NCBI GenBank assembly: GCA_034178685.1
Contig: JAXFQZ010000179.1
Location: 1 to 62,102 of the forward strand
Direction of reading: 5' to 3'
DNA from: Candidatus Ornithospirochaeta sp.
GTDB lineage: Bacteria; Spirochaetota; Spirochaetia; Sphaerochaetales; Sphaerochaetaceae
DNA: 62,102 nucleotides
The position numbers and the translations under genes are program-made. Numbering within the stretch: the first letter of the stretch is position 1; every line of letters begins with the position of its first letter. Below the pieces are notes generated by a model. That model was not told where the DNA came from. It was given only the letters and a program-made list of their open reading frames with translations, and did no database searches. Positions 1 through 9,094 of this stretch are shown here, piece by piece.

Positions 1-527
1 CTGTTCTTCTCCTCCACGCCCCGGGCCATCTGCACCCTTATGATCCTGCGGCTCTCCTCTGAAAGGACCGGAACGAACTGGATCGCTATAGCGAAGACCT
101 GGGCAAGATGGTCTACAGGGATGCCGAGATAGCATAGGGGATGGAATATGACCCTCACAGCCTCAGCCGACTCAAGGGATGTGGAGGATGAAGTGTACAA
201 TGAGCCTGCCGCCATCGCAAAGACAAGGCGGTAGATCATCGCAATGCCCTCCTTCGCGCCCTCAGCAGAGAGCGATAAGATCCAGAATGAGAATAGAGGG
301 TCGTCGGAAGGAGTGAAGAAAGCATTCATAAGGAATACTGTCAGAAAGAAGAGAGAGCATGATGAAATAGGCCTGAGAAGGCGCCGTGGCCCTATGCCGA
401 GGCGCAGCGACAGCGCCACGATGATGAGCAGAAGCGCAGCTCCCTCGATCGCATTCGAGACAGAGAACGACATAGCGAGGATAAGGACGAATACAATCAG
501 CTTAGTTGCGCTGTTTATTCTTTCCAT
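1..527 (-). CDS. ecfT: ECF transporter transmembrane (T) component, EcfT/CbiQ family; 3' end lies beyond the window edge
   Basis: Absent from the ORF track because it runs off the window edge. My minus-strand translation from ATG at 527 gives MERINSATKLIVFVLILAMSFS...QVFAIAIQFVPVLSEESRRIIRVQMARGVEEKN. This is multi-TM with the EcfT-like ...RxxxxAxxARG loop. The start overlaps the ecfA2 stop by 26 nt, and the gene order is the classic ecfA-ecfA-ecfT. Confidence 0.75.
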   Translation of the reverse strand, partial: MERINSATKLIVFVLILAMSFSVSNAIEGAALLLIIVALSLRLGIGPRRLLRPISSCSLFFLTVFLMNAFFTPSDDPLFSFWILSLSAEGAKEGIAMIYRLVFAMAAGSLYTSSSTSLESAEAVRVIFHPLCYLGIPVDHLAQVFAIAIQFVPVLSEESRRIIRVQMARGVEEKN

Positions 528-1251
528 TCAGCCTCCTTGAGAATTCCTCAGCAAGGGAAGAGGGATCCACAGCCTCAAGTCCCAGGGCTGCAGATAGGCG
601 CGCAGATGCCGTAAGGCCCTTCTCGAGCGCATGCCTTCCCATGCTTCTGTCAGCGATTATCCTTCCCCCTCCGATCTCAATGACCCTGTCGAAGAGAAGC
701 GCATCCTCCATGTCGTGCATCACGGCAACTGCAGTGCATCCCCTTGCGCTGAGGTTCTTTATCATCCCCCTGAGCGCGCTCCTGTTCTTCCAATCCAGGC
801 CTGTGAATGGCTCATCGAGGAAGATGGCATCAAGGTCGCGCACGAGAATGCCCGCAAGCGCTATCCTCCTCATCTCGCCTCCCGAGAATGAGAATGGCGA
901 TGAGCTGAGGATGCTTTCATCGAAGCCTACATCCCCAAGCGCCCTTCTCACCCTCCTATTCCTCTCGCTCTCGCCTAGAGTCCTTATCGAATACGAGACA
1001 TCCTCGAGGACGGTTGCCGAGAAGAGCTGGTCCTCCGGGCTCTGGAATGAGTATCCGATGCTTCTGAAAGTGCTGCGGATCCTTCCTTTATCGGGCGGAT
1101 CCAGACCCGCTAGGATCTCAAGGAGCGTCGTTTTCCCGCTTCCTGAGGGCCCTATGATGGCAACGGATTCCCCATCATCGATCCTGAGCGATTCCACAAG
1201 GAGGGAGAAAGAGCCCTTGCTCCTTTCAGCGTTCTCTAGGCTAATCGGCAT
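502..1251 (-). CDS. ecfA2: ECF transporter ATP-binding protein (second ATPase of the module)
   Basis: 249-aa ORF. Walker A GPSGSGKTT, ECF-type Q-loop YSFQSPEDQLF, signature FSGGEMRR, Walker B IFLDEPFTGLD. Overlaps the upstream ecfA by 16 nt. Confidence 0.9.
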   Translation of the reverse strand: MPISLENAERSKGSFSLLVESLRIDDGESVAIIGPSGSGKTTLLEILAGLDPPDKGRIRSTFRSIGYSFQSPEDQLFSATVLEDVSYSIRTLGESERNRRVRRALGDVGFDESILSSSPFSFSGGEMRRIALAGILVRDLDAIFLDEPFTGLDWKNRSALRGMIKNLSARGCTAVAVMHDMEDALLFDRVIEIGGGRIIADRSMGRHALEKGLTASARLSAALGLEAVDPSSLAEEFSRRLNGKNKQRN

Positions 1252-2051
1252 AGAGCCTCCCTGAGCATCTCCTCATCAAGATGCTTTCCGATATCGATTC
1301 CCCTAGCTCTGAGCTCGTCAGAGATCCTCACGCACTCAGGGGGCAGAACCGAAGCCGAATAGAGCGATTCAGAGTCTGTCAGCACATCGTATTTCGAGCC
1401 ATCCCTTACGATCCTTCCTTCTTTCATGAGGATGACCCTGTCTGCGATCTGGGCGCTTTCTGCGTCATGCGTAATATAGATGATTGTCCTGCCCTCTTTC
1501 CTGAGGCGGCATACGATCTCCATCATCTCGGCACGGGACGACGGGTCAAGCATGGAGAAGGCCTCATCGAAGAGAATTATCTCAGGATCTATGGCAAGGA
1601 TCGATGCAAGCACTGCCTTCTCCTTCTGGCCTCCCGAGAGGGAATATGGATTCCTGTCTCCGAATCCCTCAAGCCCTACGGAAGCAAGCGAGGAGAGCGC
1701 GGCTGAGAGAGCATCGCTCCTGCTGTAGCCAAAATTAAGGAGAGAGAAGCAGGCATCCTCCTTGAGGACAGTGGAAACGAACTGGTTGTCAGGATTCTGG
1801 AACGCAACCGATACATACCGATGTATGATGCGGTCCGCAGAGGCTCCAAGCACCAGGCCCATGACACGCGCCGATCCGGATGAGAGCGCAGCAAGCCCCG
1901 ATATCACCTTCATCAGCGTAGATTTCCCGCTCCCGTTGGCTCCAAGCACAGCAACGCACTCTCCCTTCTCAATGGAGAGGGAGACGGAGCTCAGGGCTTC
2001 CTTTCCGCAGGGATATGAATAGCATGCGTTCTCAAGAGAGATTATCGGCAC
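1236..2051 (-). CDS. ecfA1: ECF transporter ATP-binding protein (first ATPase of the module)
   Basis: 271-aa ORF. Walker A GANGSGKST, FQNPDNQF Q-loop typical of EcfA, signature LSGGQKEK, Walker B ILFDEAFSMLD. Confidence 0.9.
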   Translation of the reverse strand: MPIISLENACYSYPCGKEALSSVSLSIEKGECVAVLGANGSGKSTLMKVISGLAALSSGSARVMGLVLGASADRIIHRYVSVAFQNPDNQFVSTVLKEDACFSLLNFGYSRSDALSAALSSLASVGLEGFGDRNPYSLSGGQKEKAVLASILAIDPEIILFDEAFSMLDPSSRAEMMEIVCRLRKEGRTIIYITHDAESAQIADRVILMKEGRIVRDGSKYDVLTDSESLYSASVLPPECVRISDELRARGIDIGKHLDEEMLREALCRLA

Positions 2052-2100
2052 ATGTGAATCGGGTTCTTCTGAACCCCGGCATCTTCTGATGCCCTATGGT

Positions 2101-2526
2101 TTATCTGGTTCTGAGGCTTCTGCCCTTGATCCTGGCTACAGCCGAGATCACTCCATCTATCATAACAGAAAGAGACAGGTCTGGTACACCCACTACCTGA
2201 TTATTGCATAGATTCACAGGAATGAGTATGCGCTCAGCATCCGATCTTGCGACAGCTACAGCCATATCCGCTGTTATCTCGCCCATCATCGAGTCAGCGA
2301 TCACTATTCCCACAGGGCCTATGATCACATCAGCCCTGCGTGAGGCAACGATCACAGGATTCTCGCCTGTCGCGCTCCTGTCAGCTCCTGCCTTTAGCAT
2401 AGCAAGCGTTGCCGTGCTGTTTGTGCCTACAGCTATCACCTCATCCTCGGGGAAACGTGCCTTCAGAGAGGATATAACCTGCTTCCCGAGTCCTCCGCCC
2501 TGTCCATCTATTACAAGAATAACCAT
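2101..2526 (-). CDS. Small soluble protein resembling the DUF3842 family (function unknown)
   Basis: 141 aa. The N-terminus MVILVIDGQGGGLGKQVISSLK and the overall Gly/Val-rich alpha/beta pattern match my recollection of DUF3842 proteins. The family assignment is from memory and was not searched. Confidence 0.5.
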   Translation of the reverse strand: MVILVIDGQGGGLGKQVISSLKARFPEDEVIAVGTNSTATLAMLKAGADRSATGENPVIVASRRADVIIGPVGIVIADSMMGEITADMAVAVARSDAERILIPVNLCNNQVVGVPDLSLSVMIDGVISAVARIKGRSLRTR

Positions 2527-2552
2527 GCTCTGAGATTAATGGATTGCAGCCT

Positions 2553-4505
2553 CTACATCAAGGACATAGGGTCAACGTCTATCTCAAGATAGAGCGATGA
2601 GGGGCATGAGAATAGAGAAAGAAGGGACGATGTGAATTCCAGGAGCCTGGATATCGACCTGGAGCGGAGAAGGATATGGTACCTGTAGTACTGCGCTTTC
2701 CTCTCAATGAGCGCAGGGGATGCAGAGAATACAGTAACATCCTCGCTCTCCAGCGAGAGCGCAAGCTCCTCAAGCTCATCTATGGCCCTGATCACATCCT
2801 GCTCCCTCTTGCCCCTGAGCGTGAGATTCACGAGCCTTGAGTAGGGAGGGAACATGGTCTCGCGCCTCATCCTCATCTCCTCCTCGTAGAATCCATCGAC
2901 ATCATTCCCGACAACGGCCCTGATCGCAGGCGAAAGCATCTGCGTTGTCTGGATGATCACCCTGCCATCATCCCTGTACCTGCCGACCCTCCCAGCAACC
3001 TGATGAAGAAGGTCGAATGTGCGCTCCGAGGCCCTGAAATCGGGAACAGAGAGGGATGAATCGGCATTCAGCACACCTACAAGGGATGCTTTGGGGAAAT
3101 TGAGGCCCTTGGCTATCATCTGGGTGCCAAGAAGGATATCTATCCTGCCTTCCCTGAAGTCAGAGAGTATCTCCTGCACCTTCTTCCTGTCGTTCGAGAC
3201 CGAGTCGGCGTCGAGCCTTGCGATTCTTGCGAATGGGAAGAGATAACCTGCCTCCTCCTCGATGTTCTCGGTTCCGAAGCCCCTTGCGGCAAGATCGTAG
3301 CTTCCGCACTCAGGGCACCTCTCGACAAGCGGCGATGAGTAGCCGCATGTATGGCATACAAGGCGGTTCTCCTTCTTGTGGTACGTAAGGGAGACTGAGC
3401 AGTTGGGGCATGTAACGACACTGCCGCAGGAGGAGCATGCATAGCCGTAGGAGTAGCCTCTCCTGTTGAGAAAGAGAATCACGCCCTTGCCCATCCTGAG
3501 AGTCTCCCTTATAGAAGCCTCAAGCTCGCTTCCTATGTTCCTCTTCTCCTTCAGGATGCTCACGGCCCTTATTTCCGGAAACGATCCCTTTCCGATCCTA
3601 TGCTTCATGTCGATCCTGTGGATCTTCTGCTCCCTCATCAGCTTCCATGCCTCGAGGGATGGAGTCGCGGAGCCCATTACGAACTGGGCATTCTCCTTCC
3701 TGGCCCTGTACTGCGCGATCTGCCTTGCATGGTAGCGCGGGCTGTTGGAGGACTTATAGCTTGTCTCATGCTCCTCATCCATTATGATGAGCCCAAGATC
3801 CCTGAAGGGGGCAAAGACGCTGCTTCTCGCGCCGATCACGATCGAGATGCTCCCATCCATTATCCCATGCCAGGACTTAAGCCTCTGGGATGGAGTAAGG
3901 GACGAGTGCAGGACTGCGACCCTGCCTTCGAACCTAGCGCTCACTTCCTCGGAAAGCTGCTCTGTAAGCGTTATCTCGGGAACCATGTACAGCACCTGGC
4001 GGCCTTCGGAAATGACCTTCTCGGCACGCCTGAGATACACTTCGCTCTTTCCGGCACCTGTCACTCCGAAAAGGTAGAACTCCCTGTCCTTGCTTGTATT
4101 GAGGACCTCGATCGCATGCTCCTGGTCAGGAGTCAGCGTCTCTATCCTCCTGAATGACGATGCCTCGAAGAACGGGGAGACCTCGCTCTCCTTCCTCCCA
4201 GAGGGAATCATCATCGAAAGCGATACCCCTGCAGGCGTGAAGTACATCCTCTCCATCCATCGGCTGAGGTCCTCAAGCTCCTTAGTGAAGACAGGTGTCT
4301 TATCTATGACCCTCTTTATGCTCTTTATCTCATAATCCCCATCGGGCCTTCTATCGGAAAGGCCGACTACAAAGCCCTGCATCTCCCTTCTTCCGAAGGG
4401 AACCATGACCCTTTTTCCATAGGAAGCAGACTCCCTCAGCTCATCGGGGACCGAATACGTGAATTCCCTGAAAAGAGGCACTGGAAGGAGAACAGATGCG
4501 AACAT
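2553..4505 (-). CDS. priA: Primosomal protein N' (replication restart helicase PriA)
   Basis: Walker A GVTGAGKSEVY, DEEH box, and the Cys-rich zinc insertion CSSCGSVVTCPNC...CHTCG...CPECGS. I place the start at ATG 4505, which has SD GGAGAG 6 nt upstream and a TGATG overlap with the upstream stop. The ORF-track start at 4583 would overlap the upstream gene by 79 nt. Confidence 0.92.
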   Translation of the reverse strand: MFASVLLPVPLFREFTYSVPDELRESASYGKRVMVPFGRREMQGFVVGLSDRRPDGDYEIKSIKRVIDKTPVFTKELEDLSRWMERMYFTPAGVSLSMMIPSGRKESEVSPFFEASSFRRIETLTPDQEHAIEVLNTSKDREFYLFGVTGAGKSEVYLRRAEKVISEGRQVLYMVPEITLTEQLSEEVSARFEGRVAVLHSSLTPSQRLKSWHGIMDGSISIVIGARSSVFAPFRDLGLIIMDEEHETSYKSSNSPRYHARQIAQYRARKENAQFVMGSATPSLEAWKLMREQKIHRIDMKHRIGKGSFPEIRAVSILKEKRNIGSELEASIRETLRMGKGVILFLNRRGYSYGYACSSCGSVVTCPNCSVSLTYHKKENRLVCHTCGYSSPLVERCPECGSYDLAARGFGTENIEEEAGYLFPFARIARLDADSVSNDRKKVQEILSDFREGRIDILLGTQMIAKGLNFPKASLVGVLNADSSLSVPDFRASERTFDLLHQVAGRVGRYRDDGRVIIQTTQMLSPAIRAVVGNDVDGFYEEEMRMRRETMFPPYSRLVNLTLRGKREQDVIRAIDELEELALSLESEDVTVFSASPALIERKAQYYRYHILLRSRSISRLLEFTSSLLSLFSCPSSLYLEIDVDPMSLM

Positions 4506-5152
4506 CAGAGGCTCTCCAGCGTCTTCTTGATGAAGAAAAGGTCCTTTCCGACCTTCGCCCTGACAGCATCGGAGGCTGCGCACTCAGCTGGAGTGTATGT
4601 GACGATGGATGGTATCCCGTTGATCCTGAAGAGCTTCAGCCTCATGCTGTCTATCTCCCCGTCCTGGCGGAGCATGTACGATGCTGTGTCCCTGCCTAAA
4701 AGCACAAGAAGACATGGGGATGATGCCTTCATCTCTTCCCTCAGATAGCCCTTGCATGCGGAGGCATGCTCCTGGCTGAAGGAGGCTGAGGGGCATTTGA
4801 CCAGAGTCGATAGCGAAGTATCCCTGCTTCCCAGCCCAAGTGCCTTCCTCCATCTCGAGAACATCGAGTAGCTTTCGGGAGTGAAGACCGTATCGCCTTC
4901 AGGGGAAGGAGCGATGAAGAGGACCTTGGAGCCCTCCCTCAGCTCAGGGGATGCAAAGACGCGCCTGTTCCTGAAGCATGGGCACGCGAAGCATGATGAG
5001 GCTTCCCTGTAATCGAATGCTGTCTTCTCCTTCTTATCCTCTATCGTATATGACTTCACGGGGATCCTATCCGCAAGGCGGTCGGAAACTGCGATTCTCT
5101 CTGCCTCATCTATCATCGAAAGGAAGCACTCCAGCGTGTTCTTATCTGCCAT
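4505..5152 (-). CDS. Uracil-DNA glycosylase superfamily protein, family-4-like Fe-S type with non-canonical catalytic motifs
   Basis: Cys pattern CFACPC ... VKCPSASFSQEHASAC resembles the family-4 UDG 4Fe-4S ligands. Where GE(A/G)PG is expected the sequence reads FIAPSPEGD, and where HP(S/A) is expected it reads TYTPAE. Start chosen at ATG 5152, with GAGG 6 nt upstream. The ORF-track start is 5185. Confidence 0.6.
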   Translation of the reverse strand: MADKNTLECFLSMIDEAERIAVSDRLADRIPVKSYTIEDKKEKTAFDYREASSCFACPCFRNRRVFASPELREGSKVLFIAPSPEGDTVFTPESYSMFSRWRKALGLGSRDTSLSTLVKCPSASFSQEHASACKGYLREEMKASSPCLLVLLGRDTASYMLRQDGEIDSMRLKLFRINGIPSIVTYTPAECAASDAVRAKVGKDLFFIKKTLESL

Positions 5153-5981
5153 ACTCATCCTCAAACCACTGGTACTCGGCCTCATCGTAGCTTATCCTTG
5201 CCAGATAAAGGCCATCGGGGATCGCTGTCGAAAGAGCCCTTGAGCGGTCCTTGCTGTCAAGGATCGACTTCATCTCATCAGCGCTCTTCCCATCGCGGGC
5301 AAGGGACAGCATTGTTCCTACCATGCTTCTCACCTGATGATACATGAAAGCATTGCCTGCGACCCTGTACCTGAGGACAGGATATGAGTATGCATCCTCC
5401 ATCCAGTCCCACTCGGATAGGTATATATCGCGGAACTTGGATGGGCTCTCATCGCGTGATGAGGCGAATGCCGTGAAGTCATGGGTGCCGAATATAGCCT
5501 TGGCATACCCATTGAGAACGCCTGCATCGGGAAAGGAGGAAACAGGCATGTACCTCCTGTCATCGAATGGGAGCATATCCGCCCTCTCTTTAATCAGATA
5601 CCAGTATTCCCTGCTCATGGTAGTGAATCTTGCATGGAAGGAGCCATCGGCCTCCTCAGACCTCATGATCCTTATGTCCTTAGGAAGACGCGTATTGAGT
5701 ATTATTGCGAATTTCCCTGCAGGGATTGAGGACCTTGTATCGAAGTGGCACACCTGCCCAAGCGCATGCACCCCGCTATCGGTCCTGCCCGAACCGAGTA
5801 TCCTCGTATCCTCCCCTAGGAAGGAAAGGCAGCTCTCTATTGTGCTCTGGACAGAGACAGCACCATCCTGCGACTGCCATCCATGGTACCTGGAGCCATC
5901 GTAGCTGACAGTCAGCTTTATCCTGCGCTCGCCCTCCTCAAGGCCCTTGAAGGTCCTTGGCCTCCTCCAGTCAGACCTCAT
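5142..5981 (-). CDS. truA: tRNA pseudouridine(38-40) synthase TruA
   Basis: KLTVSYDGSRYHGWQSQ and GSGRTDSGVHALGQV (catalytic Asp motif). Start taken at ATG 5981 (MRSDW...). The longer ORF-track start at 6107 would lie deep inside acpS. Confidence 0.9.
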   Translation of the reverse strand: MRSDWRRPRTFKGLEEGERRIKLTVSYDGSRYHGWQSQDGAVSVQSTIESCLSFLGEDTRILGSGRTDSGVHALGQVCHFDTRSSIPAGKFAIILNTRLPKDIRIMRSEEADGSFHARFTTMSREYWYLIKERADMLPFDDRRYMPVSSFPDAGVLNGYAKAIFGTHDFTAFASSRDESPSKFRDIYLSEWDWMEDAYSYPVLRYRVAGNAFMYHQVRSMVGTMLSLARDGKSADEMKSILDSKDRSRALSTAIPDGLYLARISYDEAEYQWFEDEYGR

Positions 5982-6327
5982 CGGCAACCACCATCGCGCA
6001 TGCGTATCCGCCTTCATGGCTGATCGAGAGGAAGAATGAAAGCGAAGGGAAAAGGGAACGGAAACGTTCCGATAGTATGAAGTACGGACGCCCTGAAGGC
6101 TCCTCATCTATTTCGATATCAAGCATCGTGAATCCCCTGACTCCTGTCCCGACAGCCTTCGACAACGCTTCCTTGGCAGCGAATCTGGAAGCGAGGTACT
6201 CATCGCTCCGTGCCCTTCCTGATGCCTTTCTGAGCTCGTTTTCAGTGAAAAGCCTGCCAAGGAGATTGCAATCCATGGACCTGAACCTCGAAACCTCTGC
6301 CAGGTCTACACCGATGCCCTTGGTCAT
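5971..6327 (-). CDS. acpS: Holo-[acyl-carrier-protein] synthase
   Basis: 118 aa. MTKGIGVDLAEVSRF ... FAAKEALSKA ... ISHEGGYACAMV, the typical AcpS 4'-phosphopantetheinyl transferase pattern. ATGA overlap with the upstream gene. Confidence 0.9.
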   Translation of the reverse strand: MTKGIGVDLAEVSRFRSMDCNLLGRLFTENELRKASGRARSDEYLASRFAAKEALSKAVGTGVRGFTMLDIEIDEEPSGRPYFILSERFRSLFPSLSFFLSISHEGGYACAMVVADEV

Positions 6328-6731
6328 TCGGCCTCCTTGAAGAGGATCCTAACGCTCGATGGCTTGCTGGAGATAGTCAGCCCGTCCTTGGTGTATATAT
6401 CCTGGTTGTAGTCCAGCACGACAGGAACCCTTGCGATTCCCGGGCCTGTGACGATGGAGAAATCGGCACGTGCCTTCACAAGGGATGGCTCTACAAGGTA
6501 GATGATGCTGTCGGAGCCTGTAATCACTATGTCGACGGTCTCAGGCACAAGTGACTCAGGCACTATCAGAGAGGATGATGGGAGCGTGACTTCAAGCGGA
6601 ATCGTAATCACCCTGTCCCCTATGTTCATGAATCTCACGGAAAGGACAATGAAGACAGCGATGCAGAACGAGAACACCTTAGGAACCCAGTTCGAGAAGA
6701 TGGAGGAAGCTATCTTACTCTGCGTTTTCAT
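6324..6731 (-). CDS. cdaR: Membrane-anchored YbbR-domain protein (CdaR-like partner of CdaA), single YbbR repeat
   Basis: 135 aa. N-terminal TM segment (VFSFCIAVFIVLSV) followed by one YbbR-like beta-rich repeat (ITIPLEVTLP...VDIVITGS...ARADFS...VPVVLDY). It lies immediately downstream of cdaA and overlaps it by 17 nt. Confidence 0.55.
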   Translation of the reverse strand: MKTQSKIASSIFSNWVPKVFSFCIAVFIVLSVRFMNIGDRVITIPLEVTLPSSSLIVPESLVPETVDIVITGSDSIIYLVEPSLVKARADFSIVTGPGIARVPVVLDYNQDIYTKDGLTISSKPSSVRILFKEAE

Positions 6732-7533
6732 TGCCAGCCTCCTTTATGTCCTGAGGAATTATGTCACGGTAGCTGAAGAGATTCAGAAGCATCTTCTTCG
6801 TGGTCTCATTGGATAGGTCGTAGTAGATGTTTGCATTGAATGCAAGCGAGATCGCACCTGTCTCCTCCGAGACAACCAGAACGACTGCATCCGACTGCTC
6901 AGCAAGCCCCAGCGCCGCACGGTGCCTTGTTCCGAACGTCGCCTTGATTCCCGTCTGCTCTGAGAGAGGGAGATAGCATGCTGCATATGTGATCCTTCCT
7001 CCCTGTATCACAGCAGCTCCGTCATGGAGCGGCGTATCGTGGTCGAATATGGTAAGAAGAAGAGTCGATGAGAGATCCGCATTGAGCTTGGTTCCTGAAT
7101 CAAGCACCGATTTGATATCCGTATGGCGCGGAAACACGATCAGAGCTCCCCTCTTCTTCTCTATCAGGATATTGCATGCGTTGATTATTGAGTCTATCTG
7201 GTCCCCTGTTGTCAGGCTTCCCATCCTGAAGAACCTCGACTTCTTGGTAAGGGATGACGAGAATGCACGCCTGAGCTCAGGATGGTAGAATACGACAAGT
7301 ATTATCGCAAAGGGCAGCGCGAGCTTGTTCATCAGCAGGAGAATCACATCGAGCTGCAGGATATAGCTGAGCCCATAGACGAAGGCAAAGACAATAGCGA
7401 TCGTGATGAGCTGAGTGGCCTTCGTATTCGAGATGGCCGCATACACCCTGTATATCGCAAAGGTGAGTATTGCACACTCTGCCAGTATCCTCAGATAATC
7501 AATGACGCCGAATTCAGCGAATACATGCACCAC
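6715..7533 (-). CDS. cdaA: Diadenylate cyclase CdaA (c-di-AMP synthase, DisA_N/DAC domain)
   Basis: 272 aa. Three N-terminal TM helices, then KKRGALIVF...TPLHDGAAVI...GTRHRAALGLAEQSDAVVLVVSEETGAISLA, which carries the DGA and RHR DAC motifs. Confidence 0.9.
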   Translation of the reverse strand: MVHVFAEFGVIDYLRILAECAILTFAIYRVYAAISNTKATQLITIAIVFAFVYGLSYILQLDVILLLMNKLALPFAIILVVFYHPELRRAFSSSLTKKSRFFRMGSLTTGDQIDSIINACNILIEKKRGALIVFPRHTDIKSVLDSGTKLNADLSSTLLLTIFDHDTPLHDGAAVIQGGRITYAACYLPLSEQTGIKATFGTRHRAALGLAEQSDAVVLVVSEETGAISLAFNANIYYDLSNETTKKMLLNLFSYRDIIPQDIKEAGNENAE

Positions 7534-7536
7534 CTA

Positions 7537-9045
7537 TCACTCCTTGTCGGCTGAGACCCATCCAAGGGTCCTGCTTACGGCCTTCTTCCAGAATCCTACC
7601 TTTTTTTGCCTCTCCTTGTCATCCATGGTCGGAGTCCATCTGAGCTGCTCCTTCCAGTAGCGCCTGAGGCTCTCCCTGTCCTTCCATACCCCGACTGTCA
7701 GCCCTGCGGCATATGCAGCGCCCAGCGATGTGGTCTCAACGATAAGGGGCCTTATGACAGGGACCTGGAGTATATCGGACTGGAATTCCATCAGAGGCCA
7801 GGAATTGGTCATTCCTCCATCGACCTTCAGGTTCTTCAGCTTTATCCCGCTATCCATCTCCATAGCCGAGAAGATGTCATAGGCCTGGAATGCAGTCGCC
7901 TCAAGAACTGCCCTGCATATATGGGCCCTTGTGGCAAAGCCCGTAAGGCCTGCGATCACGCCTCTTGCATCGCTTCTCCAGTATGGAGCGAAAAGGCCAG
8001 AGAAGGCAGGCACGATGTACACGCCTGCGTTATCCGGGACAGAGGAGGCAAGCTCATCAAGCTCCTTTGCGGAATCCACCATCTTCAGGCTGTCGCGCGT
8101 CCACTGTACAAGGGATCCTGCGACCGCTACAGAGCCTTCGAGAGCGTAATCGGGCTCCTCTCCTTCGATCCTGCATGCAACTGTTGTCAGAAGCCCATGG
8201 TCCGAGAGGCATATCTCCTTTCCTGTATTGGCAAGCATGAAGCATCCTGTGCCGTATGTGCACTTGCTCTCGCCTGGCTCGAAGCACACCTGACCGAATA
8301 AAGCCGCCTGCTGGTCTCCCAGATCCCCTGCTACAGGAACCTCGGCACCAAGAGGACCATCTGCTTCCGTCATTCCATATACAGTGCCCGAAGAGGATAC
8401 GATCTCAGGCAGGGATGACCTAGGAATGCCGAAAAGCGACAGCATCCCATCGTCCCAGCTCAGCGTCGAGATATCCATCAGCATGTACCTTGATGCATTG
8501 GTTGCATCGGTGCAGAACCTTCTTCCTCCTGTGAGCCTGTAAATTAGGTAGGAATCTATCGTTGCGAATATGCAAGACCCATCATCAAGGCCTTTTTTCA
8601 CTGCAGGCACGTTGTCAATAAGCCACTTTATCTTGCTTGCTGAGAAATAAGGGGAGTACAGAAGACCTGTCTTCTCCCTGATCCTCTCCTCAGGAACCTC
8701 GCCCTTCATCCTGTCGATCAGCTGGGATCCCCTGAGATCCTGCCAGACGATTGCGTTGTAATAGGGCTTTCCTGTGTTTCTATCAATGGCGACCACTGTC
8801 TCGCGCTGGTTCGTGATTCCGATTGCCGCGATCTCCCTTCCCTCAAGGCCTGCCTTACGGAGAGCATCCCTGATCACGAAGCATGTGTTGTTCCAGATCT
8901 CCTCGGGATCGTGCTCGACCCAGCCCGGCTTCGGATAGATCTGCCTATGCTCGATCTGCGACGTGGCGACAATGCTACCCTCCTCGTTGAAGATGATGAA
9001 CCTTGTGCTTGTTGTTCCCTGATCGATTGCTCCGACGTACTTCAT
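7537..9045 (-). CDS. glpK: Glycerol kinase
   Basis: 502 aa. MKYVGAIDQGTTSTRFIIF..., ITNQRETVV, GDQQAALFGQ, VDGGMTNS are FGGY-family glycerol kinase hallmarks. SD GGGAG lies upstream. Confidence 0.95.
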   Translation of the reverse strand: MKYVGAIDQGTTSTRFIIFNEEGSIVATSQIEHRQIYPKPGWVEHDPEEIWNNTCFVIRDALRKAGLEGREIAAIGITNQRETVVAIDRNTGKPYYNAIVWQDLRGSQLIDRMKGEVPEERIREKTGLLYSPYFSASKIKWLIDNVPAVKKGLDDGSCIFATIDSYLIYRLTGGRRFCTDATNASRYMLMDISTLSWDDGMLSLFGIPRSSLPEIVSSSGTVYGMTEADGPLGAEVPVAGDLGDQQAALFGQVCFEPGESKCTYGTGCFMLANTGKEICLSDHGLLTTVACRIEGEEPDYALEGSVAVAGSLVQWTRDSLKMVDSAKELDELASSVPDNAGVYIVPAFSGLFAPYWRSDARGVIAGLTGFATRAHICRAVLEATAFQAYDIFSAMEMDSGIKLKNLKVDGGMTNSWPLMEFQSDILQVPVIRPLIVETTSLGAAYAAGLTVGVWKDRESLRRYWKEQLRWTPTMDDKERQKKVGFWKKAVSRTLGWVSADKE

Positions 9046-9063
9046 GAAAACTCCCTTTCTCCG

Positions 9064-9092
9064 ATTATACCATGGCCAAAACGCGGGAGCAA
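9064..9092 (-). promoter_or_regulatory. Possible sigma70-type promoter for glpK (TTGCTC-N17-TATAAT)
   Basis: Read on the minus strand there is a perfect TATAAT about 18 nt upstream of the glpK ATG, with a weak -35 at 17-nt spacing. It sits in the 49-nt gap after the M16 peptidase gene. Confidence 0.35.
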
Positions 9093-9094
9093 TG

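Noticed and set aside
244-540. A 98-aa plus-strand ORF at the left edge.
   Set aside because: It lies antisense to the ecfT reading frame that I translated manually. That frame has convincing EcfT features and proper coupling to ecfA2.
506-1264. A mirror-image antisense ORF (252 aa) opposite ecfA2. Similar long antisense ORFs occur opposite well-supported genes: 10350-11285, 21391-22059, 29895-30572, 34704-35450, 39419-39997, 56643-57428, 59514-60113 and 59717-60355.
   Set aside because: All are opposite genes with unambiguous catalytic motifs. They have Ser/Leu/Arg/Pro-rich composition and lack SDs. They are best explained by the absence of antisense stop codons given the host codon usage.
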